A stretch of 59,052 nucleotides of DNA, counting the filler, from Sphacelaria rigidula (lineage: Eukaryota), in assembly GCA_964200075.2 (NCBI GenBank). It is 7 parts of 7 records of this genome, joined end to end, with 100 filler letters (N's around TTAATTAATTAA, not from the genome) between each part and the next. Parts side by side here need not be neighbours in the genome. Positions count along the whole stretch, not along the records: positions 25,354 to 33,703 come from CAXNAA020011431.1; positions 33,804 to 42,153 come from CAXNAA020011432.1; 5 more parts are not named here. One strand, given 5' to 3'. The first letter of the stretch is position 1. The number at the start of each line of letters is the position of its first letter. Positions 25,637-38,899 of this stretch are shown here, piece after piece. Under the pieces are notes generated by a model. That model worked only from the letters and a program-made list of their open reading frames with translations, was not told where the DNA came from and did not search any database. The translations under genes and the position numbers were made by a program.

Positions 25637-26145
25637 GATTCCCCGGGGTTCTGGGTTCGGTGAATATAACAGCCGATTTACCGCGGTTCGGTGAATTTTG
25701 GAGCCGAATTATATTGTCTCTGTCCTGGCCGTCTATTTTTTCGTAAATTGCTGTCTATCCTCAAGTTATTTGCAAGGAAGGTTCGATGAATTTCGGAATG
25801 GCGTGCTTCTTTGTCTCTTTCCGCCAGGTTGTCTCTGACTTGGGTAAGTTTTAGAACAAGTATACATTTCTTTCGTTGCTTTTCTCGTCGGCCTTTCTGT
25901 GTTCCTTAGATTCAATTTCCCGGGGTTCGAGGTTCGGTGAATTTAACAGCCGATTTGCCGCGGTTCGGTGAATTTTGGAGCCGAGTTTTACATTATATTC
26001 CCTGGCCGTCTATTTTTTGGTAAATTACGGTCTATCCTTGAGTTATTTGCAAGGTTCGGTGAATTTCGGAACGGCATGTTTTTTTGTCTCTTTCCGCCAG
26101 GCTGTCTCTGGCTTGGGAAAATTTTAGAACACGTACACATTTTCC
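25637..26145. repeat. Tandem duplication of an approximately 278-bp unit with internal GGTTCGGTGAAT motifs
   Basis: TTCCCCGGGGTTC..ACAGCCGATTT.CCGCGGTTCGGTGAATTTTGGAGCCGA recurs near 25639 and 25917. Confidence 0.85.
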
Positions 26146-26299
26146 GCATTCCGTTGTTCCAACGTTTTTTTTCGTCAGTGTTCCGTTTGAAAAGGTAATT
26201 AAAAATTGCGGGAACGAACGGGTCAAGCATTACGTGTTCGCGTGCGCGTGTACTTTCATTTTTCAACCTTTTCACCATTTTAGAGACCATGGAGACTAT

Positions 26300-27420
26300 T
26301 GCTCCTGTTTCCCTGTCCTAGCTTCTTAGACTTTCCCCCAACAAATGCAAGCCCAGCCAGTACTCTGAGCCTCGGGTCTCTATCAAGCCGCTCGCGATCG
26401 TTGATGACGGCAACCCCGACTGTCGAATATTGTATAGGTTTATGTTGGAGCGAATTTCAACCAACAGTTGTACATAGGGATGTTGCTCTTTCGTAAGCAA
26501 AATATCAACTCATGAGCAAACTCCTACTTTTGAAGAACGAATCCACTTTTTTCCCCATCCTTCAGCATTTTAAAATCAGAACGCATTGTCTGCGACACAT
26601 TCGGATCTTCCGCGTTCTTCACGCTTTCAAAACGTGGAACAAAATTCAGTGTGTTTCATGCATCCACCATTCCGCGCTCTCAACGCTTGCGTTCCTTAAT
26701 CCCAATCATGCCACACCCATGCCATGTCTTCCTTCTACTTATCACATATAGCACAGTTTCATAACCGATACATACATCAAATTTCTGGCCCAACCTCTTG
26801 GTAGGAGTCATTATCTTTACCATATCCCAAATTAAATTCATTCCTTTCCACGCCTTTCGTGGAGGACAGCGGCCCCGTCCGATCCTTGTATCATATGCGG
26901 TTACGTAGTATTATAGTACGGGTGCTGTCTGTAGACCGTACATTGCATCAGCGTATTACACTGCACTTTATGTAGTGGTCACGACGGAGTTTTCAAATTT
27001 AAAATCCATCAGCTGCGCCGCCAGACATGCATGCAAACGATTGTGCCATTCTCCAGTGCGACAAAAGCAATTGAGATGCTTTTTTTTCAAGCGGATTGTA
27101 CACTCCATATACTACGCCTTGGATGCGGTGGTGCGCTGAAACACCAAGCGTGGTCGCCACCTATCGTCATACAATTGGGCCCGCACCGAGCAACATCATG
27201 CACACCACCGAACGCGGGATATGATCACGTTCTCAGCCTGCAACTTGTACCGGCGATCCAGCCTTGAACATAGCTTTCCAGATATGTCGTGTGTTGAGCC
27301 GTAGGTCGTCCCTCTGGGGCACCTCGCTCGTGTGAACTACACCTACTTTGCGGATGATCCAAGCTGGTAGTTCATACAATGGTTCTTGTATGCGAAAATC
27401 GGCGTACATTTGACGTTTTT
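26300..27420 (-). pseudogene. Degenerate LINE C-terminal remnant (CCHC-like CAICDK*KEDMAW)
   Basis: Stop-ridden frames; C-x2-C-x4-ED zinc-knuckle pattern near 26760-26710. Confidence 0.35.
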
Positions 27421-28145
27421 TTCTTTTGGGCAACACTGTTGGGACCCTTCCCTCCTGTCCCCGGGCCAAACGCCTCATTGTATAAGCCCTGACAAAGAGG
27501 AAAAGATGGAAGCAAAAAAGGCCGACGGCAACCATTACATAATGGAAGAACGCAGAAGAATCCAGCAGCACACGCAGCGGGTGCAGGAAAAATGTCCTTC
27601 CTCCCTGGAGAGGTTGGGTGAGGTTTGTCCAATCATACCACGCAACGGATGAAATGTGTTCAATTGTATCCATCGACAATAATTATCAAAAACACTATGA
27701 AACATCCCATTCAAAAAACAGCAATGGGTTTCAGGGCCTGATACGGCACATCAGTGAACAGGAAACCTTCTTTGGTTTCACTTGTCACTCGCACGGGTCT
27801 GAAAAATACGCATTCGGTAAATGTTGTTGCGCCTGAGCTGTAAACCATCAACCATATATTGCTCAAAAACCGTCAATTGCAAATTATCAATTTTCCATTG
27901 TGAGTTTCTGTGAATCGGCATCATTTTGACTTGAAAATGACTGAAACCAAGGAAAAGTGAGATCGGGCGCTCATATGATCGCAATCAGAAGGAAGTGAGG
28001 GATGGTGACGTTGGTGGGGGGTGGGGGATCCCTTACCACCTGCCCGTCATGGACGTCACGATGCCCAGTAGAGTTTGTCATAAAGAAGACCGTACTTATT
28101 ATAGTTAGCAGGTTCTATCAGAGCGCACATCCCTATTATAGTTAG

Positions 28146-28879
28146 CAGTGTTGAAAATCGGGTATCGAGTATCGAGTATCGATTGGTGTTGTCGGCAATT
28201 CTCAGTATCGGAATCGCGAGCTGGTAAGCCGATACTTTTCGATACACAAAATGGCTCTCTCGGGGGCCCCGCCTGCTAAAAAGGGGAGGGGGTCATGCAT
28301 TCACATAATTGTCTCCCTCCCTTTTGGGGGGCAGCGACCTCCGCGCGAAGGGGATGATCGTTCGACGTACTGTTTGAATGGTGAGACACCCATGATGCAG
28401 TTTATAAGCCGTGGCTGTATCTGGAAGTGGCAATACCAGAAAATGAAGCGACTCATCGTAGGCTGTCATCCAAACGCATGATTATCAGTGGGCCTCGGGC
28501 CGAAATATCTTAGCAGGATGCAGCTCACCCTTCGTGCGACCCGCCGAACACATCACGGCGCTTCGCGCTTGGTGATTGATTGCGAGTCTGGTCTAGCCAA
28601 AACCCGGTGTGCTCCGTCCCGGCTTTGTAGGGATGCGAGGTCAATTGTCAGAAAACGACAGCATGCACGACCATGAGTACCCCCCCCCCCCCCCCCCCTC
28701 CCCCTTTTATTTCCCAAACTAACCCTTCGAAGACAGCAAAAAAGGCCCAGAAAATCTGAAACCAGCTTGTGTGGCCATTTCCCAAGTATCGAAAAAATAT
28801 CGATATCGACGTTTTTTCGCCGATTTTTTCAAAAATTGTACTGTATCGAACTTTTTATTCCATTCGATTTTCAACACTG
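28146..28879. mobile_element. hAT-like MITE with a nested family D retro-insertion
   Basis: 15-bp perfect TIR CAGTGTTGAAAATCG / CGATTTTCAACACTG; 8-bp TSD ATAGTTAG / CTAGTTAG (7/8). Confidence 0.85.
28326..28679 (+). mobile_element. Family D poly(C)-ended retroelement, 5'-truncated
   Basis: Ends CATGAGTA+C run; flanks CCCTCCCTTTT (28315) and CCCTCCCCCTTTT (28696); encodes the remnant VIDCESGLAKTRCAPSR. Confidence 0.7.
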
Positions 28880-29040
28880 CTAGTTAGACATCCCAGATCC
28901 GTGTACATAATCGTACTCTGATTCAACTATCATAGATTTTTTCTCTTTGACCGCTCAGGTCTACGGGCTCTCCAAAGAACTACTGCATTGAGAAACTGTT
29001 CGGCCGATGTAACGGTATCGTCGTACACGATACTTTGGTG

Positions 29041-30580
29041 CGAGCTGGGCCAACCCAGGGGCGAACTTATAGTTTGCACGCCCAATATTTAGAGTTGGGC
29101 CGTAAAAATTGGTATGGACAATAAATAGGGCATAATTAAGAAACTACTCGTGCACACCAACATTTTGTTTATCGTAATTTTACGGCATTTTACTGATGCC
29201 TGAAAACTGATTATTACCTTTCAACTCGTGAAACAAACGAAATCTTTGTGTGCACGCGTTTTTTTTTTCTTCTCTCTATTATGCCCTATTCATGGTCCAT
29301 ACCAAATGTTAGGGTTTAACTCTGAATATCGGCCGGCGAATGGGCTGTTTAGTAACCCGGTCCGTAGAAATTCGGAACAGTATTTTGCAGGCCACTTACC
29401 GGCCCACGTCTGGTGTTTGTGTATAATTAGGGGCCCTAGAAGAAGGTGCTCTGGACAGAGGAGAATGTGTAGCAACTCTTCGGATTAATCTCAAATACAC
29501 TTCACTTACTCAACAAAAACCATGCAAGCTCCACCCGAGCTGCGTCCAAAGCCAAAATGCAGATATGCAGTATGCAAAAATGAAGTTCGGCTTGCTGGCA
29601 CGCATGCACCGTGCATCCCCTTATATGTCATACATTCAGTCATGAAACAATACCTTCCCGTCCCAAAATCCAGTATACTTTCGTCAAGCATTATAGTGTC
29701 CCCGAATCAATTCATGTTCATATGCCCCCGGATTTCAGATCGGCAATATTCTTATAGTGTATTGAAATTTTGTGTGGGATTTCTCTAGGGCGTAATGAAC
29801 AAAAACATGGGTAAGGTTGGTATTTATATGTTTTTTCACTGGTTTAAGGCGTTTTAATATGGTAACGGCCATTTTCTTACGAGAACGCCCGAACCTTCCC
29901 CCTCCCCCCCAAAAAAGATTGAAGGCCCATTTATTTTTATTCAGCATACCTCTGTGGTTATCCATGCTAAGTTTCAAATTACAATTCTAATGATTGAGCC
30001 AAAAAGTTGAGATGAGGCCCCAGATCAATGTTCATTTCTCCTCAAAACTCCTCTAAAAACACGAAAAAAATGAAAAAAAACGAAGAAAGAATAAAAAGTG
30101 GTTTTATTTTATAATGCAGTAGAGGTTCTCCATACGAAATCTCATAGGACAACTGTCACAAACTGAGACGCGACATCCAGATTCAGGGCATCTAGTGCCT
30201 CTGCTCGTAATATTTCGATTTTAGTATGGAACCTTATATGCGTCATATTCCGAGATAGATGACGAATTAGGTGAAGGTGAGGGTATCTATCGTCTCCCCG
30301 TGCTCGTGGGAATGTCCACACCAAAAATCATCGTCATCCGCTGAATGTATCGTTCGGGGTTTCATATAGATTTTAGTATGGACGCTATCTCCGTACGGTA
30401 TAGGAATGACTAAATATGGGGTGTAATCAACGAGAAAATATTAGCCCATATTTTTGAGGAGATGGGCACCTTTCCCTTGATAAAACGATTTTTACGACAT
30501 GCGGATCATGGCCCAACTCTTCTGTGTCGATGAGATATTGCTTTGAGAGCTTAAACCCGTTTCTAGGCTGAACCAGCTCG
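29041..30580. mobile_element. Non-autonomous mariner-type element (family B2), about 1.54 kb; partial copies at 50704-51332 and 58797-58950 (inverted)
   Basis: TG|CGAGCTGGGCCAACC ... GGCTGAACCAGCTCG|TA; about 29970-30580 is collinear with 50704-51332. Confidence 0.8.
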
Positions 30581-31570
30581 TATGCGATTCAAAAGCCACC
30601 TTCATGGTTCACGTGAAATTTACTCTTGTCACCCAGTGTTACGCCGGGGATTAGTGTCACGTTTCCCACCACCACCCCCACAATGAAGACGCGACGGAGT
30701 CAAAAATAGTGCACAGAGGATTATATTGCAAATAAAGCGATAGGTGGCTGTAGTATGTATCTGAAGCTACCTTCTCATCCCAGTCCGGCTCAATTCCACC
30801 CAGTACAGCTCACAAACCAGCGATGGATATCCCTAAAGAAAGTACTGCCTCGTTGTACAAGCGAGAAAGTCATTTTCCGACATGTCCCTCGGACACGCAA
30901 CCGAAGATTACTGATACTGTACAGATGCCTGCAAGCTGAAACTCTGCAGGGTGGTGTAGCTATCTACTAGCCGTCGTTTAAGCCTAAGAGCGCTTTGGTT
31001 GGGGGGCTGGGATAGTGCAGTATCTTCCGCGTAATATTTTCACTCTCCCCCCGTTTTTTCACCTGCCACAGCGGTCCGCGCTGCCAGAAACTGGAGGGCT
31101 GATAGGCATACGTTTTATCTACAGAGCAACTTGATTTGCCTCTGGAGCTGCCGTATCGAGATATTGCCATCTCGATGAGGGGTGTTGGAACATGTGGAAT
31201 GCGGTGTAAAAACCCATCCGGTCATAGTTGGTATTCAAATTGAGCGGTAAGTAATTGCGCCGCGTTCAGTTGGTTTTGGTTCATGCTACGATGCGGGACG
31301 CACATTTGGTCGCAAACCCTCATCATTCAGGATCTCCTAAGGCCAGGAATAATACAAGATTGAGGGTCAGGCTATTCTAGTGTCATAATCCAATCCGGAT
31401 ATCCCGAGCCCTCGGAAATGCTGATCGTGACGTGCTCATTTAAGTTACATGATGCAATATGTTTTCGGCCGACCGAGAAATGGAATGAGTTCGATTCCGA
31501 AATGCTTCGCTGGGCCTTATATGAGTACCAAAACGCTTTCTGTAGCAGGTTGCCATGAACCCTTTGATTA

Positions 31571-31603
<33 letters not shown>

Positions 31604-31650
31604 CTTCACATCAAAAACCGTTCCGATTTTCGATGCATGTGAAAAATGTG
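31571..31650 (-). mobile_element. Retroelement-like 3' end with (CAA)n tail; second copy at 43358-43600
   Basis: (TGT)n is followed by the shared TC(T)TTCA..AAAAACCGTTCCGAT in two contigs. Confidence 0.6.
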
Positions 31651-31727
31651 TTGACGCGAACCTGTAAGCGCACGACCGTGTTCCACAGAAGAAAAACGCG
31701 CACACATACACATACAAAATGAACAAG

Positions 31728-32160
31728 AGATTTTACAAATTGGGCATGGATTTTTTATGTAGGATGATAACTCGGAGAATGAAAATACTCTTGTCCACAC
31801 CAAATCTCCGAAATATGGTTTCACTCCATCACCTGCTGATATCTGTTGACAACTACTACACCTAATACAGATTTGGATCTCCTAATAACCGACATGTTCG
31901 GGTCATGGGTGAAGAAACAATATTGGGGAACTGAGATGATCCGATCAGATCGCCGAAATTCCCCAATATTGGTTTTTCATCAGGACCCCGACATATCGAT
32001 TATCGAGATCCAAATTTGTCTGGCGTGTACCAGCTGTCAATAGCTACCAGAAAATGAAGAAATAGAACCATATTTCGAAGTTTTGGTGTGGATACGAAGA
32101 TTTTAATTCTCCGGGTTTCTCATCCTCAATAAAAATCCATCCCCACTTCGTGAAATTCCG
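31728..32160. repeat. Foldback/MITE-like imperfect inverted repeat (about 95-bp arms)
   Basis: GGATTTTTTATGTAGGATGA..TCCACACCAAATCTCCGAAATATGGTT versus AACCATATTTCGAAGTTTTGGTGTGGA..TCATCCTCAATAAAAATCC. Confidence 0.65.
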
Positions 32161-33844
32161 TGTTGATGGCAAAAAATGGACAATTTGGAGTGAAACGTAA
32201 AAGAACAAAATCCCAACCAACGCTAGACTTGCAAACTCGCGAAAACCTTGTTATTACTCGTGGGTTGGATGAGATGGAGGGCACGTAATAATTCGACGCT
32301 CGGAAAATGGTTGTGCGCCCCTATACCGCAGCACCACTTCACGTGTACATCTTGGGGATATATATTTTCCGCAAACATACATGCAACAACCAACATTGCC
32401 CGCCAGTTGGAACTACGTTACACAGATGTGCATGCCGTTGTCTCTGGGGTGGCGCATGAGGTGTGCTTCCGGGATGGCCGTGCAACGTGTAACGCATGGT
32501 CACATCCCGCCGACTCGCTGTGTCGTCCGCAAGACCGTAAGCGTTCGGAATCGAAAGAGTGGTACCGCTGAAATGATGTCGGTCTTTGCTTCGAAGAATA
32601 GGTGGTCACATCGACTGTCCGGTGTGGTGCAGGCGGAATATCGATGAGGAAGTGGCACGTAGATAAGGAGGAAAAACATCATCCCACGTCATCTCTCTAC
32701 CGTTCAGCACATTGAAAATCAGGTCATCAAAATTGAGGGTGGAACTATTTTTTGAGGATGATAACCGGAAAGCTGAAATAATCGAATTCACAAAAATAGT
32801 TCAAAATATTGTTGCATCCCTTCACCCACCGGTAGCCATCGGTAAACACTGCACGCCGTACAATTCTGGGTTTCGCTCACCGAAATTAGGGGTCCCTGGA
32901 TGAATATATATATATATATATATGGGTGACATACGTGATACATAAGGATCGCCTACATTCCCCAACATCGCCTTTTCACCTTGGACCTCAAAGTTTCGGT
33001 TCTTTGCATCCACAATTGTTCGGCATGCAGTTGTCGCCAATGGCTGCCAGTACGTGAACGAATGCAACAAGGGGGCGAAGAATTGGTGTAGATAAAAACA
33101 TTTCAACATTCCGGGTGGCCATCTTCATCGAAATCCCAATTTTGAATATCGACTGCGATCGGTGTTACCAACGATGCCTGGCGGTTCGCCCGCTGTGCAG
33201 AACCAATTTTGACACAGCCTAACTCCTGGAGTCGATGCGCGTGCGGTGGCCGGGTCGCACAGTGCTCCAAGACGTCAAGTGCAAGTCCATGTCTTCCACC
33301 TGATTTATTTTCTCTGAATCGTTTGATTACTATCAATGCTTGCTTTCACGTTCAACCGGCGATTCGCCCAAGGGCATAGCCGGACTACTCGCCGTATTGA
33401 TGTGCACCCAAGGGCGCACCACTCCAAGCACAACATATCATTGCAGAAGCACACCGTGAAGTAAATCGGATTCCGAGTGCAGCGGGTTGGAGGGAGAGGA
33501 TCCGGTATCGGGAGCGGGCAAAGACCATGACGATAAATTCGCGTCTTGATCCAACCTGTGTAGGAAGTTGAAGACATGTATCGTGTAGATAGATTGCGCA
33601 GGTATATGTCTAACTGTGACTGTTGTTATCTTGGTGGGGGGGGGCTTCTCATGTGTTGCTTGCCTTAGTCGTTTGACCATTGACCACGCATCCCTTTTGA
33701 GACNNNNNNNNNNNNNNNNNNNNNNNNNNNNNNNNNNNNNNNNNNNNTTAATTAATTAANNNNNNNNNNNNNNNNNNNNNNNNNNNNNNNNNNNNNNNNN
33801 NNNCCCCACAGGGGTACACAGGCGCCCAGAATAAATGGGACGAC

Positions 33845-33888
<44 letters not shown>

Positions 33889-34253
33889 CTGTAGTAAATC
33901 ATGCTTGGCTCGGCGATAAGAATAAGATTTGAGCCTCGCCTCGAACTAGAGTTTCTTCAGTAGTAACGCCACCTGTAAGCATGGTGGTGATCATCACCAT
34001 CATCATATATATATATATATATATATATCGTCATCATTTTTATATGGGCGGATTATTATCACGTCGGAGCGGACCTTTTTTCATGCATCTCCGTGCAACA
34101 ACTTATCAACCCGGTTAACCATTCATCCGTTCATCCATCAACCTATTTGTTACTGAATTAAAATTATTCAATCAATCCAGACTAAAAAATAACTTCCAAG
34201 CAATTGCAGTTGACCAATCATATATCTAATCAATTCATCAATTGTGGACGCAG

Positions 34254-34410
34254 GAGCGTGAGGTTAGACGCTAGTGTCGTGGAATCTCAAGATGGCGAGG
34301 ACAAAGGAACGTCGGCCAAACCGGCATCATCATCATCACAGCCAGGCAGCGCCGGCCCTGGTGCGGCTACCGCGGCGCCCTCTGTCGACGCCGACGGGAA
34401 GAAAAGACAG
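34254..34410 (+). CDS. Probable isolated internal exon, low-complexity (SVRLDASVVESQDGEDKGTSAKPASSSSQPGSAGPGAATAAPSVDADGKKRQ); product unknown
   Basis: gacgcag| acceptor and CAG|gtactt donor; GC-rich island with a single open frame. Confidence 0.55.
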
Positions 34411-34452
34411 GTACTTTCCAGTGATTCTCCGATAGGGGGGGGGGGGGGGGGG

Positions 34453-34518
34453 CGTACTCACTTGTTGCTTGCCTCAGTCGTTTGACCATTGATCACGCAC
34501 CCCTTTCGAGACGGAGCA
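34453..34518 (-). mobile_element. Family E poly(C)-ended LINE 3' end (66 bp)
   Basis: G run + CGTACTCACTTGTTGCTTGCC..; direct repeat GATAGGGG at 34431 and 34519. Confidence 0.75.
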
Positions 34519-34761
34519 GATAGGGGAGGGTGAGGGGGGTGTTCGATTCCCCGAAACAAAAGGCTTATGGGTGTGTCAGACGACATTGAACACTCGCTGT
34601 GCGCTTGTATTTGGATAAAGACGGTGTCAAGCAGTATGAATGAGTGCTATTTATCGGTAACAAGCGCGTTCGAACAACCGTTTCAGCTTTCGACGACGAT
34701 GTGAATTGCATTATCGTGGAAGAAATGGCCCAAAACCCCCCCCCCCCCCCCTCCCCCTAGC

Positions 34762-34888
34762 TACGGAAGGAAAGTAATGAGCACCAAAATGTTGGAGGTG
34801 TCTCTATTAGGAGTAGGAACGGTGCTCCGTCTCGAAAGGGATGCGTGGTCAATGGTCAAACGACTAAGGCAAGCAACAAATGAATACG
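34762..34888 (+). mobile_element. Family E poly(C)-ended LINE 3' end (127 bp)
   Basis: Encodes VGGVSIRSRNGAPSRKGCVVNGQTTKASNK*; perfect 17-bp direct repeat CCCCCCCTCCCCCTAGC at 34745-34761 and 34889-34905. Confidence 0.85.
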
Positions 34889-36092
34889 CCCCCCCTCCCC
34901 CTAGCGTAGGACGACTCTTTCATGATTGATCATTGGAATGCCCCGCAGGTGGGAGGACACGTCGCTTGAGAGAGTCTGGCTGTCATTATGTCAAGTGAAC
35001 ATGAAAGACGGTTACAAAAATCCCAATACACACACACACGCACACGCATACACACACGCGTATACACAGGAGGTAGTTGGCGATCAGAAATCCCACACAG
35101 ACAATTCCTGGGCACGCCAAAGACTTCACGTTTCCCCTCCTTCACCCACAGCAAGTACTGGAGTCACATCTAAGATCAATAAGTCAACATAATCATGACT
35201 TCTACATGTATGCTCGTATACTTCCTCTGTCTCGTGAGTTAGGGTACCTAAATCTGTACAGGCCCTCAACCGTGGCCGATCTGTTGTTCGATTTTTTTGT
35301 CGAAATCTTCGATGTTTTTCGGGTAAAAAACGTTCTGTTTTTCAGCCGGCGCTTGAACCATGCGGCCGAACGGCCGAAAAAAACAGTCGTATTTCACGCC
35401 TTTCCCACGGGAAAGAAAGTGTCGATGGCCATTGCGTAGCGGTCACCAATCGGTATCTTGGCGCCCCGTTTGCGAGGTGGGGGTGTGCTGAGGAGCGAGT
35501 TCATCGCTAGAATGGTGTAGTGGACAGGTAGGGTACTAATTTTGGACGCTTTTGAGATTTTTTCGAGAACTCTCGAAAACATTCTCAAAAAATATCCTCA
35601 AAACTATCCTCAAAATAGGCCAGAATAGGGTATAATATAACCATGTCAGGTGAAGGAATTGAACCCCGTTTTTTCTTTCCTTCCCCTCGAGCTTCGTCTT
35701 CGTATTTTTTTTCTGACGAACCCGACTATACTATCCTCACCAACACGGTTGTACCCAGACAACATATTGCCCATGGGTACCCTAACTTATGAGACAGAGG
35801 AAGTACATGTCGTCTTTTTTTATCCATCAACTGCGGAGTAGGCTCATGTATCATCATGAGCCCTGCTCACTATTCCAGGGCGCTTTTTGCACGTGCGACC
35901 GCAACGTTTCAGTAGGATCCATGCGAAGTCCCCGACGACCGAAATTCACGGTTGACACCTGCTGCAGTATCATCAGAATGAGTAGCAGTCGCTGGGTTTT
36001 GTGTGGATACTTACGACTCACTTATCTGGATCTTCCGAGAGCTACCTCTAGGATTTTCCCGTTGTCCGCAGTACCCGTTTTTGGCTCGAACA

Positions 36093-36416
36093 CCCCGGTG
36101 GTGTAATGGTCCGCCTGTCGCCTTCGGGGTGGGGAGGTCGTGGCTTCGATTTCCGGTTCGTTGGGTTTTTCCGTCGAAGTATCTGATTTCCACCGTCGAA
36201 AGCGTCAGCACGAGAGTAAACAAATATTAGTTGACTGATTCTGTTTGACGACGGCCGACGCGGTACGGGAGTGTAGATAGTCATGACCCAACCAATCCCC
36301 GAGACTAAAATGCAAGGCGTGTACCGGGGGGGAGATGGGTTGATCCCTTGAGACAGACCACGGACTCGATCGTCGTGAGGAAAGGGAGGGGTTCGAAGTG
36401 CGACAATTGAAGAAAT
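36093..36416 (+). mobile_element. tRNA-derived SINE, full length
   Basis: A box GGTGGTGTAATGG, B box GGCTTCGATTTCC; body shared with 1-198 and about 40620-40782. Confidence 0.75.
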
Positions 36417-36428
36417 ACAAGGGGTGTA

Positions 36429-37557
36429 CGAGCTGGTTCAGATTGAATACCCAGAATTTATTACCCGGCATTTCCTCACGCCGTTTTTTCGAGTTGGACC
36501 ACGAAAATTTGCACACATGCTCTCGAGGGCACTATCTTGAACTCGAAGACCGGGTTTTTCTTTATTTTGGGTTTGGTGTCGAGATAGTCGGGATCTGACC
36601 CCTCCCCCGGCCAACTAGGTAAATCGCGACCTTGGATCAAAAGCCATCAACATGAAAAATTGAAAAAAAAAAAAAAACAGTTTTCGAGTTTTGGATAGTG
36701 CTCATCAGAACATGTGTGCAAATTTTCGTGGTCTAACTCGATAAAACGGCGTGAGGAAATGCCAAAACGTGCGCTGAAGTGTTAAAAAGTCTGTAATTAC
36801 TTGATTACAGTACATAATCGCCCTTTTCGAGGGTTGTTTACATGGTGGCAGACCCAACCGATTCAGTTTTTCGAGTTGAGCAACGAGAGTTGATACTCAT
36901 GTTCCTTGGGATACCACCTAACTCTGAGATGCCATGCTTTTGGTGCTGAGGCGTTCTTTACCGGTTTCCGGGGGTCTTTTTGCCGGGACCCCCGGAAGCC
37001 GATACAGAACGGAGGAACTTTGAAATCTTGCCAAGAATATTATTTTTCCATTTGGAGCATCAATACCTACGGAACTGCCAAGTTTGAGTATGATCTGAGC
37101 TTTTCTACAACAGAGAAAGGGGAAATCGTCAGGAGGCTCCGTGGGTCTTTCGTACGTATCATGGTTGAAAATTACACGACGCCAAAGCACCACATCACCG
37201 AAGTATTGTGGTTTCGGGCAACATTCGACACCGTTGGAACCGTTTTCACCTCTGTTTCTCTCGTTAGATTTCCAAGCTGATGACGGTTACCACGATTCAA
37301 ACCATGTGGAGATTCGGTGGAAATTGGGCTTGGAATTTGTTTTTTCAATTCCGAAACAGTTTGAAGGGCGCTGATTGGTCCAAACACACTTTTGCCAATA
37401 GCGCCACCGCTATGGCCTTGAACAAAAATCTAGTTATGTCACCCTTTTTGTCTGTTCATTGCGGTCAGTATGATACCACATTAGTGCATATTGGCCGGGT
37501 ATTGTGTTCGTCCTTAGCCAGGGAATGATTTTGGGGTATTCAATCTGAACCATCCTG
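36429..37557. mobile_element. Family B1 mariner-type element, complete shorter variant
   Basis: TA|CGAGCTGGTTCAGATTGAATACCC ... GGGTATTCAATCTGAACCATCCTG|TG; internal homology (inverted) to 10737-12237. Confidence 0.85.
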
Positions 37558-38899
37558 TGCCGGGGAAAGATAACATGGGTTGATACCTTGAGACCGCGGG
37601 CTCGTACCGAAGAACGGGAGGGATTCAGAGCACGACAAGAATGAAAAAAAAGCAAGGCGCACCTTTTCCTAGGGCACGGTCTGCACCCGCCGTGCCCGAG
37701 CGTTCACGGTCTGCCTAGAGATTGGGACTGAGTTCGGGTTACCCTTGGGGTTTTTGATAACATCAGAGATTGCGGTGGCCCCTCGTTTAGAAAACCTTGT
37801 CAATATGTCTCTCAATATTGAGTTATCCAGCAACCTTGGGTACAAAATGATTGAAAATGAAGCCGGGATGAGTTGAAAGAGACAGGGGAAAAGTACACAA
37901 ACAAAGAAACATAGCAAGATGAAACAGGAAAACACACAAACTAATCGCTTGAGAGTCTGATACTCTGAGCGCTAGCGGGTGCGCACACTGGCCGGTCTTT
38001 TTCCAAATCCCCGAGACCCATGCAAGCGGCGTTTGCTCAAAACGACCGCTCACACAAAAACACAAACACGGACGAGAAACAAGTAGTATCAATGGAGAAT
38101 CGCATGAAAGAGTGGATTTTTTCACCATCAAACGCAACTTTTGCAATTGATCCGTGAAGGGGAAATACTGATGAAAACCAGCACCAAAGCTATTCCCCAT
38201 TTTATTACAGTCACATATTCTGTCGGCTAAGAAAAACGAACTGGTCGCTTTGTCTCAAATATTCGCTCTGGTGCGCCACACGATGGTTGATTATCACCGT
38301 AGAGACAGTTGATTTAATTGGAATATGACGAGCGAGAAAAAAATGGTTCCACTCGGGATTTGCGTGAAGGAGGAGGAAATGTTTCCACGGCAAAAAAAAA
38401 AAAATCAGCTGTTTTCTCGCCCAATATTGAGACCCATGCATCAACCGGTGACGCGCTCAAAAGAAGTGTATGCACGGCGGGAAGGAAGCAGATTTGTTTC
38501 TTCACATGGAGGGATATAGAAAGTGAATAAGAAGAACGACTTGTGGCCCTTCGCGTTTCTCCGGACGACAGCAGCGCGCAAACTGATGGCGCGAAGACAA
38601 ATACTCATGGCGAAATCAAACTGTAAAAAAGATGAATATTCATGGCGAAATGTTTTTCCCGAGAGTATTCGCTGGAGCGTCAAGTGCTTCGTTGACCTGA
38701 AGAATAAATAGCTGGCACTCGTGCAAAGAAATCAATAGCAGGAAATGCACAAGAAATAGAACCTAGTCAACGACTGAAGGCCGGAAAATAATTTAAAAAA
38801 AACATGGATGAAATAAATAGTACATTTTTTTCCCGACGGTTGAAGTATGTACTGTAGTAGAAATTTCGTCGGTTTCCCAACCATGACCCGCATCAAGTC

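Noticed and set aside
28959-29014. Small exon after a strong acceptor (ttttctctttgaccgctcag)
   Set aside because: Frame ambiguous, no recognisable product or partner exon; insufficient support.
34435-34905. MITE with about 85-bp G-rich TIRs
   Set aside because: Each arm has its own flanking direct repeat and encodes a LINE ORF end, so these are two independent, oppositely oriented retro-insertions.
36093-36165. Functional tRNA genes here and at about 445-520 and 9335-9408
   Set aside because: A/B boxes are present but the cloverleaf stems are degenerate and each continues into a shared SINE body.
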